IMG/VR virus record: IMGVR_UViG_3300032288_001804
Span: 32,428 to 96,427 of that record
DNA length: 64,000 nt
Direction: 5' to 3' (one strand)
DNA from: a virus
In this document: piece by piece, positions 1 to 12,800 of the stretch
Numbering within the stretch: the stretch's first letter is position 1
Layout of the letters: the number at the start of each line of letters is the position of its first letter
Made by a program: the position numbers and the translations under genes
Notes under the pieces: generated by a model
The model's input: the letters and a program-made list of their open reading frames with translations, nothing else
What the model was told of the DNA's origin: nothing
Databases searched by the model: none

Positions 1-3000
1 GTAGCTAACGGAGAATTTTCTAAAAATGCTTTACGCTTTAGCCAACGTTCATCTATTTTTTTAGCTGTTGGCTCAACAAACTCCCAAAGAGTATCTGTTA
101 AGTTTTCACCATATACATATAGTGCAGCTTTTTTACCTCTCTTTGAAGCCTTTTCAATTTCTGATACAAGCTTTTGAAGATCTGATTCTTCTGTAACACC
201 AAGGTTTTCTAAGTCATTAGTAATTTTATCAGCTAGTTCTATAAAAGAATCTAGATAATCACTAAGATTTTTAACACGATAAATACTAGTTTCAGATACA
301 CCAAGGTTTTTAATCTCCTCAATTCTACCAGCAATCTTTTTAGAAATCATATTTAATTGCTGAAGACTGTTAACAAATGCTATAGCAAGCTTTCTATTTT
401 CTTCTACAAGATCTTTAATATGTCTAGTTCTATTAGACTGGTAATTACTAAGAGTAGAAGTAATATATGCAAGATCCCTACTATCGTCAGTTGTTAATAG
501 GAGGGCAAGTTCCTGGTACTCTTCTTTAGTGGTAGCTTGAAGCTGATCACTAAATAGTTTGTACATTGAATCAATAGTATTTTTAAGTTGGGCATGTGTC
601 TTCTTAGCAGTCTCATCATCAACCGCATTATCCAACTCCTTAATGAAATCATTTATTTCTTTAGCGTATTGTACAGCATCCTGCTCTAAAGATTCTGCAG
701 TACCTATTGATGTATCTATATTAAACTTCTCGGATAGCATTTCATTTGCTAAATCCATAAAAGAAGTATTAACTCCTAGGTCACTAAGCTTAGGTCCAGC
801 ACCAAATAGTTTTCTAAAGAACTTTTTAATTTGATAAAGTATATTAGAAATCATTTCGCTGAATGAATTCGGCATAGGTGTGCTAGAAAGCTGAGCCTGT
901 GCTGCTATAGTCAACGCATGTACAATAATTTCTTCTGAAAATCCTTGTGGATCACCTTCAAGTTCAGGGTATTGCTTTAAAAAGTTTTCTTGTAAACCTA
1001 ATTTACCTAATTCAGACCAAGCCTTCTTAGCTAGTTTTTGAAATAACTCTGGATTTTCTTTTGCTAAGTACTTTACAAAAGGGTGAGCAAACTCGTGAAA
1101 TAAAGTCTTTGTACTTAATGCACCATCTACTATATATACTTTTCCATTATAAAAGAATGCTGGTGCATTATTATAAGGAGCATTTGTATTCTTAGTAAGT
1201 TCTATTGCCTCATCTTTACTAATAAATTGAACCTCAGGTTCACCAAACACATTTAGCATGTTCATACTAGCTGCTAAGTTTTTTACAACTTGCATTGCTT
1301 GAACATGTTCTGATTGCTCTTGAGTTAATGTATTTGATAATAAATCATTTATTGCCTCATTATCTTCTTCATAAGTAAGGCTTATCATATCATCGATAGC
1401 TTCAATTTCCTTGATAAACCACGCCCTATCTATACCATTTTCCTGAGAACTAGGTGAGTTAGGTTGTATAGGTATCGGAGTTTTAAGTACTTTTATGTAA
1501 TACTTTTGAGGTCCGTTTCTTAAATCATTCTCCTCTTTTACAACATCTAAGTAGCGTATATTACCATTAAGTCTGTTGTAGGCATTAACCTCATTTATAG
1601 CATTGGTGTAACCACCTTGCGATAAATACTTTTTGTTATATATGTTTGTGTCACCATTCAGCTTCATAAGATGTTTCTTAAACTGAGCTGGTGTTAAATC
1701 ATAAATGTTTTTATTATACTGCGGAGTATCTGTTGCTATATCTACAATGGCGTCATTGCTAAATGCAACTAGATATTGACTATCCGAGAACATTGTATAG
1801 TCAAGTCCTCTATAACCTCTATCTTTAAGAAAATTAAAGAAGTCATTTTGAATAGCTAATCCTTCTGGAGAATTATCAAGTATATTGAAATCAGTACCAG
1901 TTTGTTTTGTAAACTCAGATCTAAGTGCTCTATACTCTTTAGCGTCTCCTTGTAAAAATCCTTTAGTATCTACACTTACTTGTCTTACATTTTTACCGTA
2001 GTCTTTTGCCTCTGCTTTATCAACAGTAAAATAGTTAACATCTCTATTGTCTAGAGTATTATATCCTTGATATACAGTTTTAATGTCATCATTAGTTTCT
2101 TCAGTTTCCTGTATAGTATCTTCTATAAAAGAAAAATATCTGAACCCTGGAGCATTAAACTTATAAATGTCTTTCTTAAATGGGGCAAAGTAAATTAAGT
2201 CCATGATATCTTTACCACGGCCCATATTTATTTTTGCTTCAAAGATTTGCTTCCAGTCTTTCCAGTAGTTATCAAATATTTCTGGATAGTTACCTTCTCC
2301 AGTTCTTAAAAAGAAATCTAAAACGTATCTCTTAGGTCTGGTTTCACCAGTTTCTTCATCAATCTCAAATGCTGTAGGATGTTCAATATACCCGGTAATT
2401 GTAACACTTTCACCCTTTTTATGGTCACGTCCTATAAATGCAGTTTGGAATGTCCATGATGGAAATATGTTTTTTAGATTTTTATACCAAGATTGATCTT
2501 CCAAAAATGGTATGATCTCTTCATTAAATTTATTACGACCTAAAGCTGAACCAACACTTGATCTACGCTGCATGTAACCTAGACCTTTGGTTTGAATCCA
2601 GTTTAAAAATTGTTGAGCATTTGCTTCTTTTCTAAAATGATCTAGTGTAATAACACCATCAATATCATGTAAGTCTTCACTAAAGCTTCTATATGTAGCA
2701 CCGTATCTTCTTAATACTTGTGAACCAGATAACTTATAGGCTTTACCCTCAGGATCTAAAGAGTTAAATAGCTTTTGTAATACATCTGCTGCAAAAGGAT
2801 CTGCAGATAATGTAGTGTAATAGTTTTTTTGTTCTAGTAGATTACCCTTTTTGTCATAGAGCATGCCATCGCGGACCTCTATACCACGCATCCACTTTTT
2901 GAAATCCTTCTTATAGATATCATCTACTAAATCAAAAAGTAAATCATTAAGCTTTTCAGCATTGTACTTAGTAAAAGGTTTACCATGTATTGCTTTATGT

Positions 3001-3872
3001 ACGAAGTTGTATATAGCAGCTAAAGCTGTTTTAAGAACTGTTACTGCATAAGGGCTTTTAAAACCTTTTTTCTCAAAGAAAGATTTATCAATATCTGGAT
3101 TTTCAAAGTCTACCTTCTCACGTAAATCTGGTCTATAGTTAAGTAAACCTTCTGTAATAAACTCAATAATAACTTGTTTATGAGCCCAAGCGTTTTTAGG
3201 TGCACCTCTACGCTCTGAAGGGTCATCAACGGTTTCTTCAATGATCTCTAAATCAGCTTGTTGAACAGCATTGTTTTTAGTTAGGGTATCATATTTATCA
3301 TATAATTCTTCATACTTATTCCAAAGCTTAATGTTAAACCATAGGTCTTTGGCTATTTTAGACTTTCTACCTAAAAATGTATAAGCAATATTAGCAGTTT
3401 GTTTTGCTAGCCCTTTATCAGAAAGATTTTTTGGTATCGCTAGGAGTTTCTGGAGCATATCAAAAGCTGCAACAGGGGGGCCTAATTCGCCTTTATCCCA
3501 TCTTCCTGCTGTACTCATTTGCTCTGCTAAACCAGTCCACTCTTGGCTACCTTCTTCAATAATATCAATACGTAGTGATCTTATAAAATCATATAAGGAA
3601 TCTCTAAACTCTTTTTGTTGACCTTCAAACTTTTGATAAGCCTTAAGATTACCCTTAAAGTTTCTTACCTTAAACTTTTTAAGATCTTGTCTTTTAGCTT
3701 CATAGTAGTCTCTGCGTTCTGGATAGGCTTCTTGTAAAGTATCTAAAATAGCAAAAGGATCAATTAAAGAACCTTTATCTTCAGTAAGTAGTAAATAATT
3801 ACTTACATCATAGTCCCCTAACAATCTTCTTGCTGCTTCTAATGAAGGATTAAAAATTTGACAACTAGCCAT
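1..3872 (-). CDS. Giant virion cargo polyvalent protein, truncated by the window edge (>1290 aa): degenerate zincin, nucleotidyltransferase, ADP-ribosyltransferase-like and HExxH zincin domains
   Basis: Not in the ORF track. Translated by hand from ATG at 3872 (MASCQIFNPS…); the frame stays open to position 1. Motifs: LSGSQ…DLHDIDG (~2660-2735), AKINMGRGKDIMDL (~2195-2237), VYQG…YFT…DRGYRGLD…YLVAF (~1760-2075), TLFHEFAHP (~1080-1106). Starts 3 nt after the RNAP stop. Confidence 0.9.
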   Translation of the reverse strand, partial: MASCQIFNPSLEAARRLLGDYDVSNYLLLTEDKGSLIDPFAILDTLQEAYPERRDYYEAKRQDLKKFKVRNFKGNLKAYQKFEGQQKEFRDSLYDFIRSLRIDIIEEGSQEWTGLAEQMSTAGRWDKGELGPPVAAFDMLQKLLAIPKNLSDKGLAKQTANIAYTFLGRKSKIAKDLWFNIKLWNKYEELYDKYDTLTKNNAVQQADLEIIEETVDDPSERRGAPKNAWAHKQVIIEFITEGLLNYRPDLREKVDFENPDIDKSFFEKKGFKSPYAVTVLKTALAAIYNFVHKAIHGKPFTKYNAEKLNDLLFDLVDDIYKKDFKKWMRGIEVRDGMLYDKKGNLLEQKNYYTTLSADPFAADVLQKLFNSLDPEGKAYKLSGSQVLRRYGATYRSFSEDLHDIDGVITLDHFRKEANAQQFLNWIQTKGLGYMQRRSSVGSALGRNKFNEEIIPFLEDQSWYKNLKNIFPSWTFQTAFIGRDHKKGESVTITGYIEHPTAFEIDEETGETRPKRYVLDFFLRTGEGNYPEIFDNYWKDWKQIFEAKINMGRGKDIMDLIYFAPFKKDIYKFNAPGFRYFSFIEDTIQETEETNDDIKTVYQGYNTLDNRDVNYFTVDKAEAKDYGKNVRQVSVDTKGFLQGDAKEYRALRSEFTKQTGTDFNILDNSPEGLAIQNDFFNFLKDRGYRGLDYTMFSDSQYLVAFSNDAIVDIATDTPQYNKNIYDLTPAQFKKHLMKLNGDTNIYNKKYLSQGGYTNAINEVNAYNRLNGNIRYLDVVKEENDLRNGPQKYYIKVLKTPIPIQPNSPSSQENGIDRAWFIKEIEAIDDMISLTYEEDNEAINDLLSNTLTQEQSEHVQAMQVVKNLAASMNMLNVFGEPEVQFISKDEAIELTKNTNAPYNNAPAFFYNGKVYIVDGALSTKTLFHEFAHPFVKYLAKENPELFQKLAKKAWSELGKLGLQENFLKQYPELEGDPQGFSEEIIVHALTIAAQAQLSSTPMPNSFSEMISNILYQIKKFFRKLFGAGPKLSDLGVNTSFMDLANEMLSEKFNIDTSIGTAESLEQDAVQYAKEINDFIKELDNAVDDETAKKTHAQLKNTIDSMYKLFSDQLQATTKEEYQELALLLTTDDSRDLAYITSTLSNYQSNRTRHIKDLVEENRKLAIAFVNSLQQLNMISKKIAGRIEEIKNLGVSETSIYRVKNLSDYLDSFIELADKITNDLENLGVTEESDLQKLVSEIEKASKRGKKAALYVYGENLTDTLWEFVEPTAKKIDERWLKRKAFLENSPLA

Positions 3873-3875
3873 CTT

Positions 3876-6800
3876 TTAGCATTTATTGAGTTCTTGTATT
3901 TTATTTAAGATATCTTCACGAGTTACTCGTATGAATTTTTTAGGTGCCACAACTTCATAGTTCTTGTTCTTGTACCCAAATTCTTCGTAAAGCCTCTTAG
4001 ACAAATATACGAAAGTTTTAGGGGCTTTTGCCCTCTTTTGGTTTACATTTTCACCATTAACATCAGCACCAATCATGTATTGCCCATAGCCAGCAGCATT
4101 CCAGAATATCTTATTATCGTAATCTTTAGCTGCAGTCTTAAGAGCTTGAATACTATTCTCAATAGCTTTTACATTTAAATCGTAGTTATCATCATTCATT
4201 TGCTGACTTACAACATCTTGATAGCCCAATTTACTTGTTAAGCCAAATGAGTTTGTATGCTCTTGTGAAAGTGCAAATACTGAGTCATTTGTTTCTAAAG
4301 CTTTAGCAGTTGGATTAGCTGCGCCATTATACACAAACAAGTAATTTTTTCTATCTTTAAGAAGTTGGTTTATGGCTAGTTTAATGTCTACTCCTTCAGG
4401 TGCCTTTTCTACAATGAAACTTGGGCTTTGGTAGTTATCTCTAAATGTTTGCACTGTACCAAATGATCCAGTAAGATCTGCTGCAGGATTTTTAGAAGCT
4501 TTCCACAAAGGTTGATCTAGGGTATAGTTTCTAACTTTATATCTACTAGCTGTATTCTTATATGAATTAACTGTACTAAACTTATTAAAGTAACTATTAA
4601 CAAGATTCCAAGTCATTAACTTATTAGCTTCCATATAGTTAAGCATGCTTTCTAAGATTGGAGTCAATCTTGTATCCGGCATGATTTGTCCTATACCATA
4701 CTCCCCTTTAGAGTTAAACCCTGTAGTAAACATGGTATATATAGGTAAGTTGCTGAAGAACTTTGAAATCTCCTGAGCCTCGCTCGAGGTCATGTTAGCA
4801 GTTTCAATTAAGTTATATGGGTCCATTAACTCAACTAAGTCTTCGTGGAATCTATTTATTCTATCCGCATCTAGCTTACTAGACTTAAATTTAATAACAC
4901 GCTCTTTAGTTTTTGCTTCATCAGCAGTTAAGAAGTCTAATACTTTATACTTCTGTACAAGATCAGGATACTTCTCTTTGATATCAAGAAGTCTTTTTGC
5001 ATATGACTTAGTAGGACTCTTTAAAATATAGTACTGGTTAAATGTATTATCCAAAGCCATATCTCTTAAGGTATGCTCATATGCAAAAGTTGTAGCTTCT
5101 TTTTCTAACTCGGCCTCTGTAAAGTCTTCATACTTAGCAGCTGTAAAATCTTTTTTATACTGGATATAGTCATCTCGTTTAATGATTTCAGATACTGGTA
5201 TTGCATTTCTTAAGTACTCACGCTCCATTACATATCTACCATATTCGCGTATGTTTTGGAACATAGTTGATCTAATTGCACCAAATGCAAATGGTAGTTC
5301 TGGATTAGTAATATTAATGTTTTCTTTACCGCTATTAGATTGTAAGTTTTCAAACTCTTCTACCAATTTTTGCTTATCAAAATACATCATTGGTATAGTA
5401 GTCTTGTCTTTTAACTTAACGTTTTTAACAAATACCGATACAGGAGACTTAGTTGTTGGCTTAAGTTTTACTGCCTTAGATGCAACTTGCAAACTTTTGT
5501 AATACTTAATAGAGTCAAGGTCCAAATTACGCATGTAGTTCTGGAACATAAACATTACCAAGTCATTTCTGAAGTTAGAAATAAAAGATTCTTGGTCACC
5601 AAATGTATCAGAAACTGTATCCTTAAAGCCTTTACTTCCTAACTTTTTAAGTAAATAATCATTTACCAACTTAGAGTCTCTAATGGTAAATAGATTCTTA
5701 TAGATATCAGCCATAAATTCTGATATACCAAAGCTTGATATAGATGAGTCGTCTAGGATCTTATTGATAACGTCATCTCCTAATCTTTCATCTTCACGTA
5801 ATTGGTCAGCTTGATATTGTCTCAAGTTAGTCTCAAATAAACTTGCTGCAACTTGTGTATCTAAATTGGTAGTACGCTTAACTGCAGTAATTACTTTAGA
5901 CATATCTTCTATATCTAGGAAGTGTAATAACAATGCTAGCTGATCCGTGCTTTCAAAATCAAGTTCATCTTGTAAGTGATCTTCAAAGTATTGTTGATTA
6001 AAGATTTGATCTTTTAATGATCCTGCAATAGCTGTTGCTGCGTTTTTAATTCCTTTTGAGTAAAGTACTACATCACCATCATCATTAGTGTCTGTATAAG
6101 CTAACATTTCTGGGAAGTTCATAAGAACTTTTCTACGCGCTTCACTTCTAAAGAAATTTGGGTTTGATAATTCAATACCCAAAGGTCCTGCGTATGCCGA
6201 TCTAGCTTTTTTAACTTCTGTAATATATTGACGTATAATAGGTTGTGATACAAAGTAAGCAGCTTGTCTAATAGGTACACCAGCTTGAACCATTAATAGT
6301 AATGCTGGAGCTACAAAGTTGTTACCTTGAATATCAAAGATCCACGGATCTTTAGCAATATCTACCCAACCATTGATAAGTTGAGAAATAACATCTGATA
6401 CTTTGTTTATACCATCTGCATCATATAAATTACTTAATGATATAGCAGGACCGTCTGGAGTTAGTAATGTGTTATGCGGCAAATAAATAGTTTGCTCTTT
6501 CATAACTTTATTACCCTTACTATCCTCATCAATTTTATAACTAGGTTGTAAATAAGCACCAACAGTATTAAAGATTACGCTATAGGTATTGTCTACGGCA
6601 CCTTGACCTAGAGTTCTCTTACCAATGCTATTAGAACCATGCTTATAGATATTATATTCTATTTCAAATATTCTAGTACCTTTAATTTTATCACCTCTTT
6701 CAGTAAATACATTTTGTAAAGAGTCGTATGGTCTTACTTTAGAAGCAAGCTCCTGTGCAATAGGTAATACAATATCAGTTGCATTAGGTGTGATAAGATC

Positions 6801-9800
6801 TACATAGTTACTCTCTAAAGAAAGTATATCCATGATGTCTGTGATAACATCATTTTGGAAATCCTCTGCTATAGATACTGAGCCATCTTCATTTTTGGTA
6901 AGCTTATACATTAAAGTGGTAAGCTTATCAATGTCAAAGTCACCTCCTGATTTAGCTACAATTTCTGCTGGAAGTACAATTTGATTACTACCTTCTGGTA
7001 AGAACTCATATACTTCCATAAACTCCATAGAGTTTAGACCTTGCACAGGAATACGCACACCAGCTAAAGAAACAAGCTTGCGATTATCATCTTCATTTAA
7101 CCAGCTTTCATCTTTAAGAAGTTGGTTAAGAGCTTGAAGACGAGTAAGTGATTGCCCTTTTCTTGCAGCATCCTCAATCATCTCAGTAACCTTTGGTAAG
7201 TCTAAAAGCTTTTTATATTCTCCTTGAATACCAATCTTAATTTTCATGGCCATTGTCTTACCATCTTTTTTTCTATAGAATGGTAAGTCGTTAGTGCCTA
7301 ATACTTCTAAACGCTCCTTAGAGTCTTTGTTAGCATTAAAGAAATCACGGTTAGTATAACCAGCACCTGACACTTGAACTAAAGCCTCTCCTGTAACCTT
7401 TTGCTTAATAAGCTTTTTATTAATAATAGATACAAGAACCTTTTCAATTTCAGCCGCTGCTAGAGATACATCTAGAGAAGATTTTAATTTACCTTCTTTA
7501 TTAAGCTTAACAAAATCTAAGTGGTGCTCAGCAAGTTCACGCTTGGTTAATTGACTTTCTATATAAGCAAATAACTTATCTAAAGGTCCTGTTGGTTTAC
7601 CATTTTCATACGTCCAACCTATTTCATCTAATAACTCTTGTTTCTTTTGAGCCATAAGATTTTCAAGGTTGCCTTGAAAACGTTTAATTAAGCTATAGTT
7701 TTTAGATTCTCTACGCTTAGTTCTATCATCTCCAATTTTATTCCAATTAGCAATCCTAACTTCTTTAGGCATATCTGGTTGAAAGTCTGTAGGTACACCA
7801 TTCTCCATTAGCCCAGACTCAATAAGTTTACGCAACTGAGTAGGGAATGTAGTTTTATTCTTATACTTAGGTGCAATCTCTAATTGCTTCTTGAAATACT
7901 TTAAGAATATATCGTTAGGAGTAAACATGTACCCGTCTTCTGTAAATGCCAACTCACGGTTAGTGGCATCTTCAGAATTTTTATAAAACTTATCTGGTTT
8001 ACCATTAGGTGTAATAGTAGCAATCTTAGATCCTGATCCAAATAAAGCATAGTCTACCTTTTGTTCAACCATCTTATTGTGAAGCTTTTCAAGATCGGAG
8101 CCTTCAATAGTAGATGGGATTAATGGTACCAATGAGAATTTATGGAACGCTGTAAGTGGTAAGCCATTTGTTGCAAGTGGTCCCCAGTATTGCATTTTAA
8201 GTACAGGGAAGAATTCTTTAATTCTAGTCTGATCAATATTCTTCTTAGCCAATACATCTCTATATAATAACTCTTGTGTATCTGACCATGCACCCATCAT
8301 AATGCTAAGTGCTTTATAACCATCAAAAGTTATCCAACCCTGAGCATCCCCTTCTTTCATTTCACGGTATGGCTTAGCACGTTCGCTAACAATTTTATTA
8401 ACTTCCTCGTCTGTTAATTTACCGCTTTTATAACCAGGTGAGTTTTTAATAGAAGTTCTAATATCATCTTCAATAGCAGCATAGTATAATGATTTTGTTT
8501 CAACATCTTCTAATACTGCACTTCTAAATTGTTCACCATAAGACTTATCTACACTTTGACCTGTATACCAGCTACTTGAACGATAGCTAGCTTTATCAGG
8601 GGCAAATACAACATTATTTAAATAACGTAACATTGCAGGGTCTGTTCTTGGAATAATACCACCGCTATTAATACCGGCGTTACGTTTTTGAAACTCCTCC
8701 TTAGCCATGTTATACAAAGCTGGATCACCATGATAGAGCAATACAGTTTCTACATTATGTATAAAACTATTATAAACATGCGTTTTAATTGCAATGTTTC
8801 TAGTTTCGTTTCTACTTAGCCTTTTAGCTTTTGCATCATCACCAGCATAGATCTCTTGAATCTTATCATGCATAGTGTTATCTATATACTCAGCCTCTAC
8901 TAGTTTTTCAGTAAACTCATTTATCTTATTTGCAAAGTATACTTTTATAACATCATCTGCTATTCTCTTTTTAAGGTCACTTGATTCTGGTAAATCTAAA
9001 TAGTCACGTAGTCTACCACCATACTCAGCAGGAATATTCATTAACTCCTCCTGAAGCTCAGGTCTAATCATGTCTGAGAATATCACAAACTTTTGACCCT
9101 CTACACCATAAGTAGATTTACCTACTGGTATCATACGCTCAACAGCATTAGCTGGTAAAGCCTTTACCCTATTGATACGATCAAGCTCGGCCTCTAAATA
9201 TCCTAGTAAGATATTAAACGCTGCAGCTTCACCATTAGTACCAAGTGCAAACTCTCTAGGGTTTACATAATACTTTCTATTAGATAAGTGATATACAAGT
9301 ATTGTAGATTTATCTGCAGGGGTAGTTCCCATAGGTAAACCATGAATAACACTTACGTGAAAATCTGTAAGACGCTTTGTAAATTCATCTGAGTCTGATG
9401 CAGCAATACCATTATTAGCTTCACCATTAACAGTAAATGAAACACCTGCTAGATTATTAATATCTATGGTAATCTTTTCATTAGATCCAACCTCTTCTTT
9501 AATAGAACGCTTAGGACCATTAGGCTTTGACATGTCAAAAAGCTCATGGATTGTAATAAGGCGCTTTCTCTTAGGATCTGGATTATTACTTACAAACGGA
9601 TTACGTAGTCCAGACAAGTGATTCATCTCAGGCTTTGCAGTAAGAGTATTAAAATCAGGTGCTTCCTGTAATTCTCTAATCATTTGAGTAATGGTATTGT
9701 TTTCCATAAACTCATACTGCGCATCACCAGCTGCATTTAATACCATGAAGTCTGAATAATCATCGGTATATGTAGCTTGAATCTTTTGTAAAGAGTTGTA

Positions 9801-12800
9801 GAATCCGCGTAAGCCTTTTAGAACTTCACCATTGTCCCTAATCTTTTTAGTAGGGTTAATCAAGTCATCAATTTTTCTTACAATGACTATATTCTTTGGC
9901 TTGTTTTCAGCAATAGCCTTATCATTATGAAGCTTTATAGCCTCAATGCGATCAAAGATAACTTTAGCTGGATTAGGAATCATCTTATTTAATGCGGCAA
10001 CAATTTTAGATTTGTTGTCAAAATAAATTCCTACATCTTGTAAAAACTTAATTCTATTAAGATTGCTATATTGCGATACATAGTCGTTATATATAGCATC
10101 AATATCTAAGAAGTTATTACCATTTATATCAGGTTTGATATACTTAGTAGTAACTGTTTTAAATCTATCATTCCAGTCACGGCCTATTTTAGCATCTGCT
10201 GTTGAAGCTCCTCCCACTTTAGCACTATACTCATACTCAGTTCTAATAATATTACCTTCTTCATCTCGCTCAAGTACATTAGTAGTTCTATCTACAACTA
10301 AAGCAACAAGTGGTACACGAGTTTTATTGAATGCATCATTAAACTGTGTCCATAAGTTTTGAGCATTAGCCGTCATCTGTGTATCAGGATTGCCAAGTTT
10401 AATTAGCAATTCTTGTATAAACGGATAGTCTTCTTTTGAATCTTGTAAACGAGTATACATTTCTTGTGGGCTATTAGCACCCTGAAGTATTCTAGTTATA
10501 CGATTCCAAGCAATACCAAAATCCATTAACGTGTTAAAGCCTAAATTGTTTAGAGCTTTATCACCATTAGACTCTAAAGCATGTAAGCTTTTAATTAAAT
10601 AGATTACACTCTCGTTAGCAAGATCAAGTAGTGATGCTTCATTACCTCTTCTATCATGACCATCTCTACTCTTAAATTCACCAGTATCTTCAAATAGTAA
10701 TACTGCTTTTTCTGCAGCTGTAACAAAATCTGAGAAGCGAGACTTCTTATTGTAATAAGCAATAATACCTTTATCACTTTCAGTATCCCAGTTATCTGTT
10801 GCCCATACTAATGCATCTTGCTGATTTAAAAGTCTTTGCTTTTCACTATCTGTTGTAGCATTTGCTATTTGGACATCTAGTGCTTCAATAGCTTCTTCTA
10901 TTTTAGTCTTAGCATAAGTTAAAGCTGCATCTCTACCTTTTGGTATGGATAGGAGAGCCGTTGTGTAATATGCTTTATCGCCGGAACCATCTTCGGTTAC
11001 ACCAATTCTTAGGTTAACAAAATCGGATACTAATGAATCTAAAGTATCCACTAATTCCATAGAGTTACGCATAGTAAGTAAAGGTGTACTATAGTTTTCA
11101 TCTATAGACTCAGCCCCCTTATTCATTACTTGCTGTCTAATCTCTGCAGGTAAGTTTTGCTCAGAGTAACTATACTCAGTTAATCTTCCAAACTGTAACT
11201 TGTTATAAATATCATTAGCATAAGTCAACGCTTCCTGGTTTAAAACCATGTCGTTGTAACTCTGTGCCCCAAATAATTCAAGGAAGAAATCAAGAATTTT
11301 CCTAAAGATACTACGTTGTGTAACATCTTTAATTTGCATTTTACCACCAGATAGCATGTAAGCTCTAAACTCTTCAGCTAGGAACTCCTCAAGTTCAAGA
11401 TCACTTGCTTTAGCAAAGTCTCTATATACACCTTTGTAAGTTCTAAAATTACCGCTACGCTTTCTAGTTTTTTCATAAAGCTCTTGTCTTTGAGCATCAG
11501 TCATGAACATACGGGTAAACCCGTGCCATGCCTCGTGATATAAGTCTGAGTAATTAGCGCCTTCAAAAAGTATAATAGCATTTTGATACCACTTTGCAAC
11601 TGATGTAGGGTCATAAGTATTAACCTCATTCATTAAATTTTCAAGTGGGAAGTAGTTTTTAAATATGCTATTATCAAACCACTTCTTAGCTTCTTCTAAC
11701 TTAGCCTTTAATTCGTCTGGACTAAGCTGTGCAATATCAAAGCGTAATCCGTATTGTCTAACAAAATCTCTAGCTTGTTTTTTATTTCTAGAAAGCCCTT
11801 GGAATTCATCATCCTCAAGGCTATCATTCTTAACAATCTCATTTATAACTTCCCAAGCTGATTTCTTAGGTGCTTCTTCAACTTTTTCAACCGGAGTTTC
11901 TTCAGTAGTTTTAGCAGCTTTCTTTTTAGTAGTCGGTTTAGTAGTAGCAGACTTCTTACCTTTATTTGTTTTAGTAGGTGCAGCTGCTTTCTTTTTCTCG
12001 TAGTTTAAGATCTTCTCAAAAGTTTCCGAGCTAGGGTCAAACTTAATATGACCATTGAGCCCTACTATTTGATTATCTTTATTAAGTGGTATATTGATAT
12101 AAAAGTTATCTTTAATGTAATCTACATAGTTAACTTCATTTTTTGTTTTAAGCCACTCACCATCTTTGTCATTGATTGTGAAGTTGTCAAATAAACCACT
12201 AATGTTACCAAGTACATTTGATTTAATATGAAGACGTCTCTTATAGACTTTGTAATAGCCAGTACCTTTAGTTCTTTTTCTAGCTATAGGATCTTCAATA
12301 ATAGTATTCTCGTCTAACTTATCTACGTAAGCTTTATCTTTTTGATTATTTATAACGGTTTTACCATTAAGAAATCCAGCTTTTATTTCTTTCTCAGTAA
12401 CCTCAGTTCCTGATACATAAAACTTTTCAAAAAGATGTTTATATATAGCATCTTCTACTGCAGCTTCATTTTCTAAATCAATGCTTTTTCCAGATAGCTT
12501 TAACGTAGGACCAAGTCCTTTAATATAGTTATATTCAATTCCTGATTCGGGTAAGTATATAAATTCAGACAAATATTTGTTTTTCTCATCCACACTAAGC
12601 TCACGCTTATCACCTAATTCATTTACTTCAACTACAGGTCTAGCAATTAATCGAGCAAGTTTTCTAGCAATATCACTAGACATTCCTCTACTAATAATAG
12701 GGATGGCTCCATTAACACCATTAATGTAAAATACTTGGTTAGTTTTAGTTTGTCCAGAAGCCTGGTAATTTTTTTCAGGTACGATAACTGGCTTAAATAC

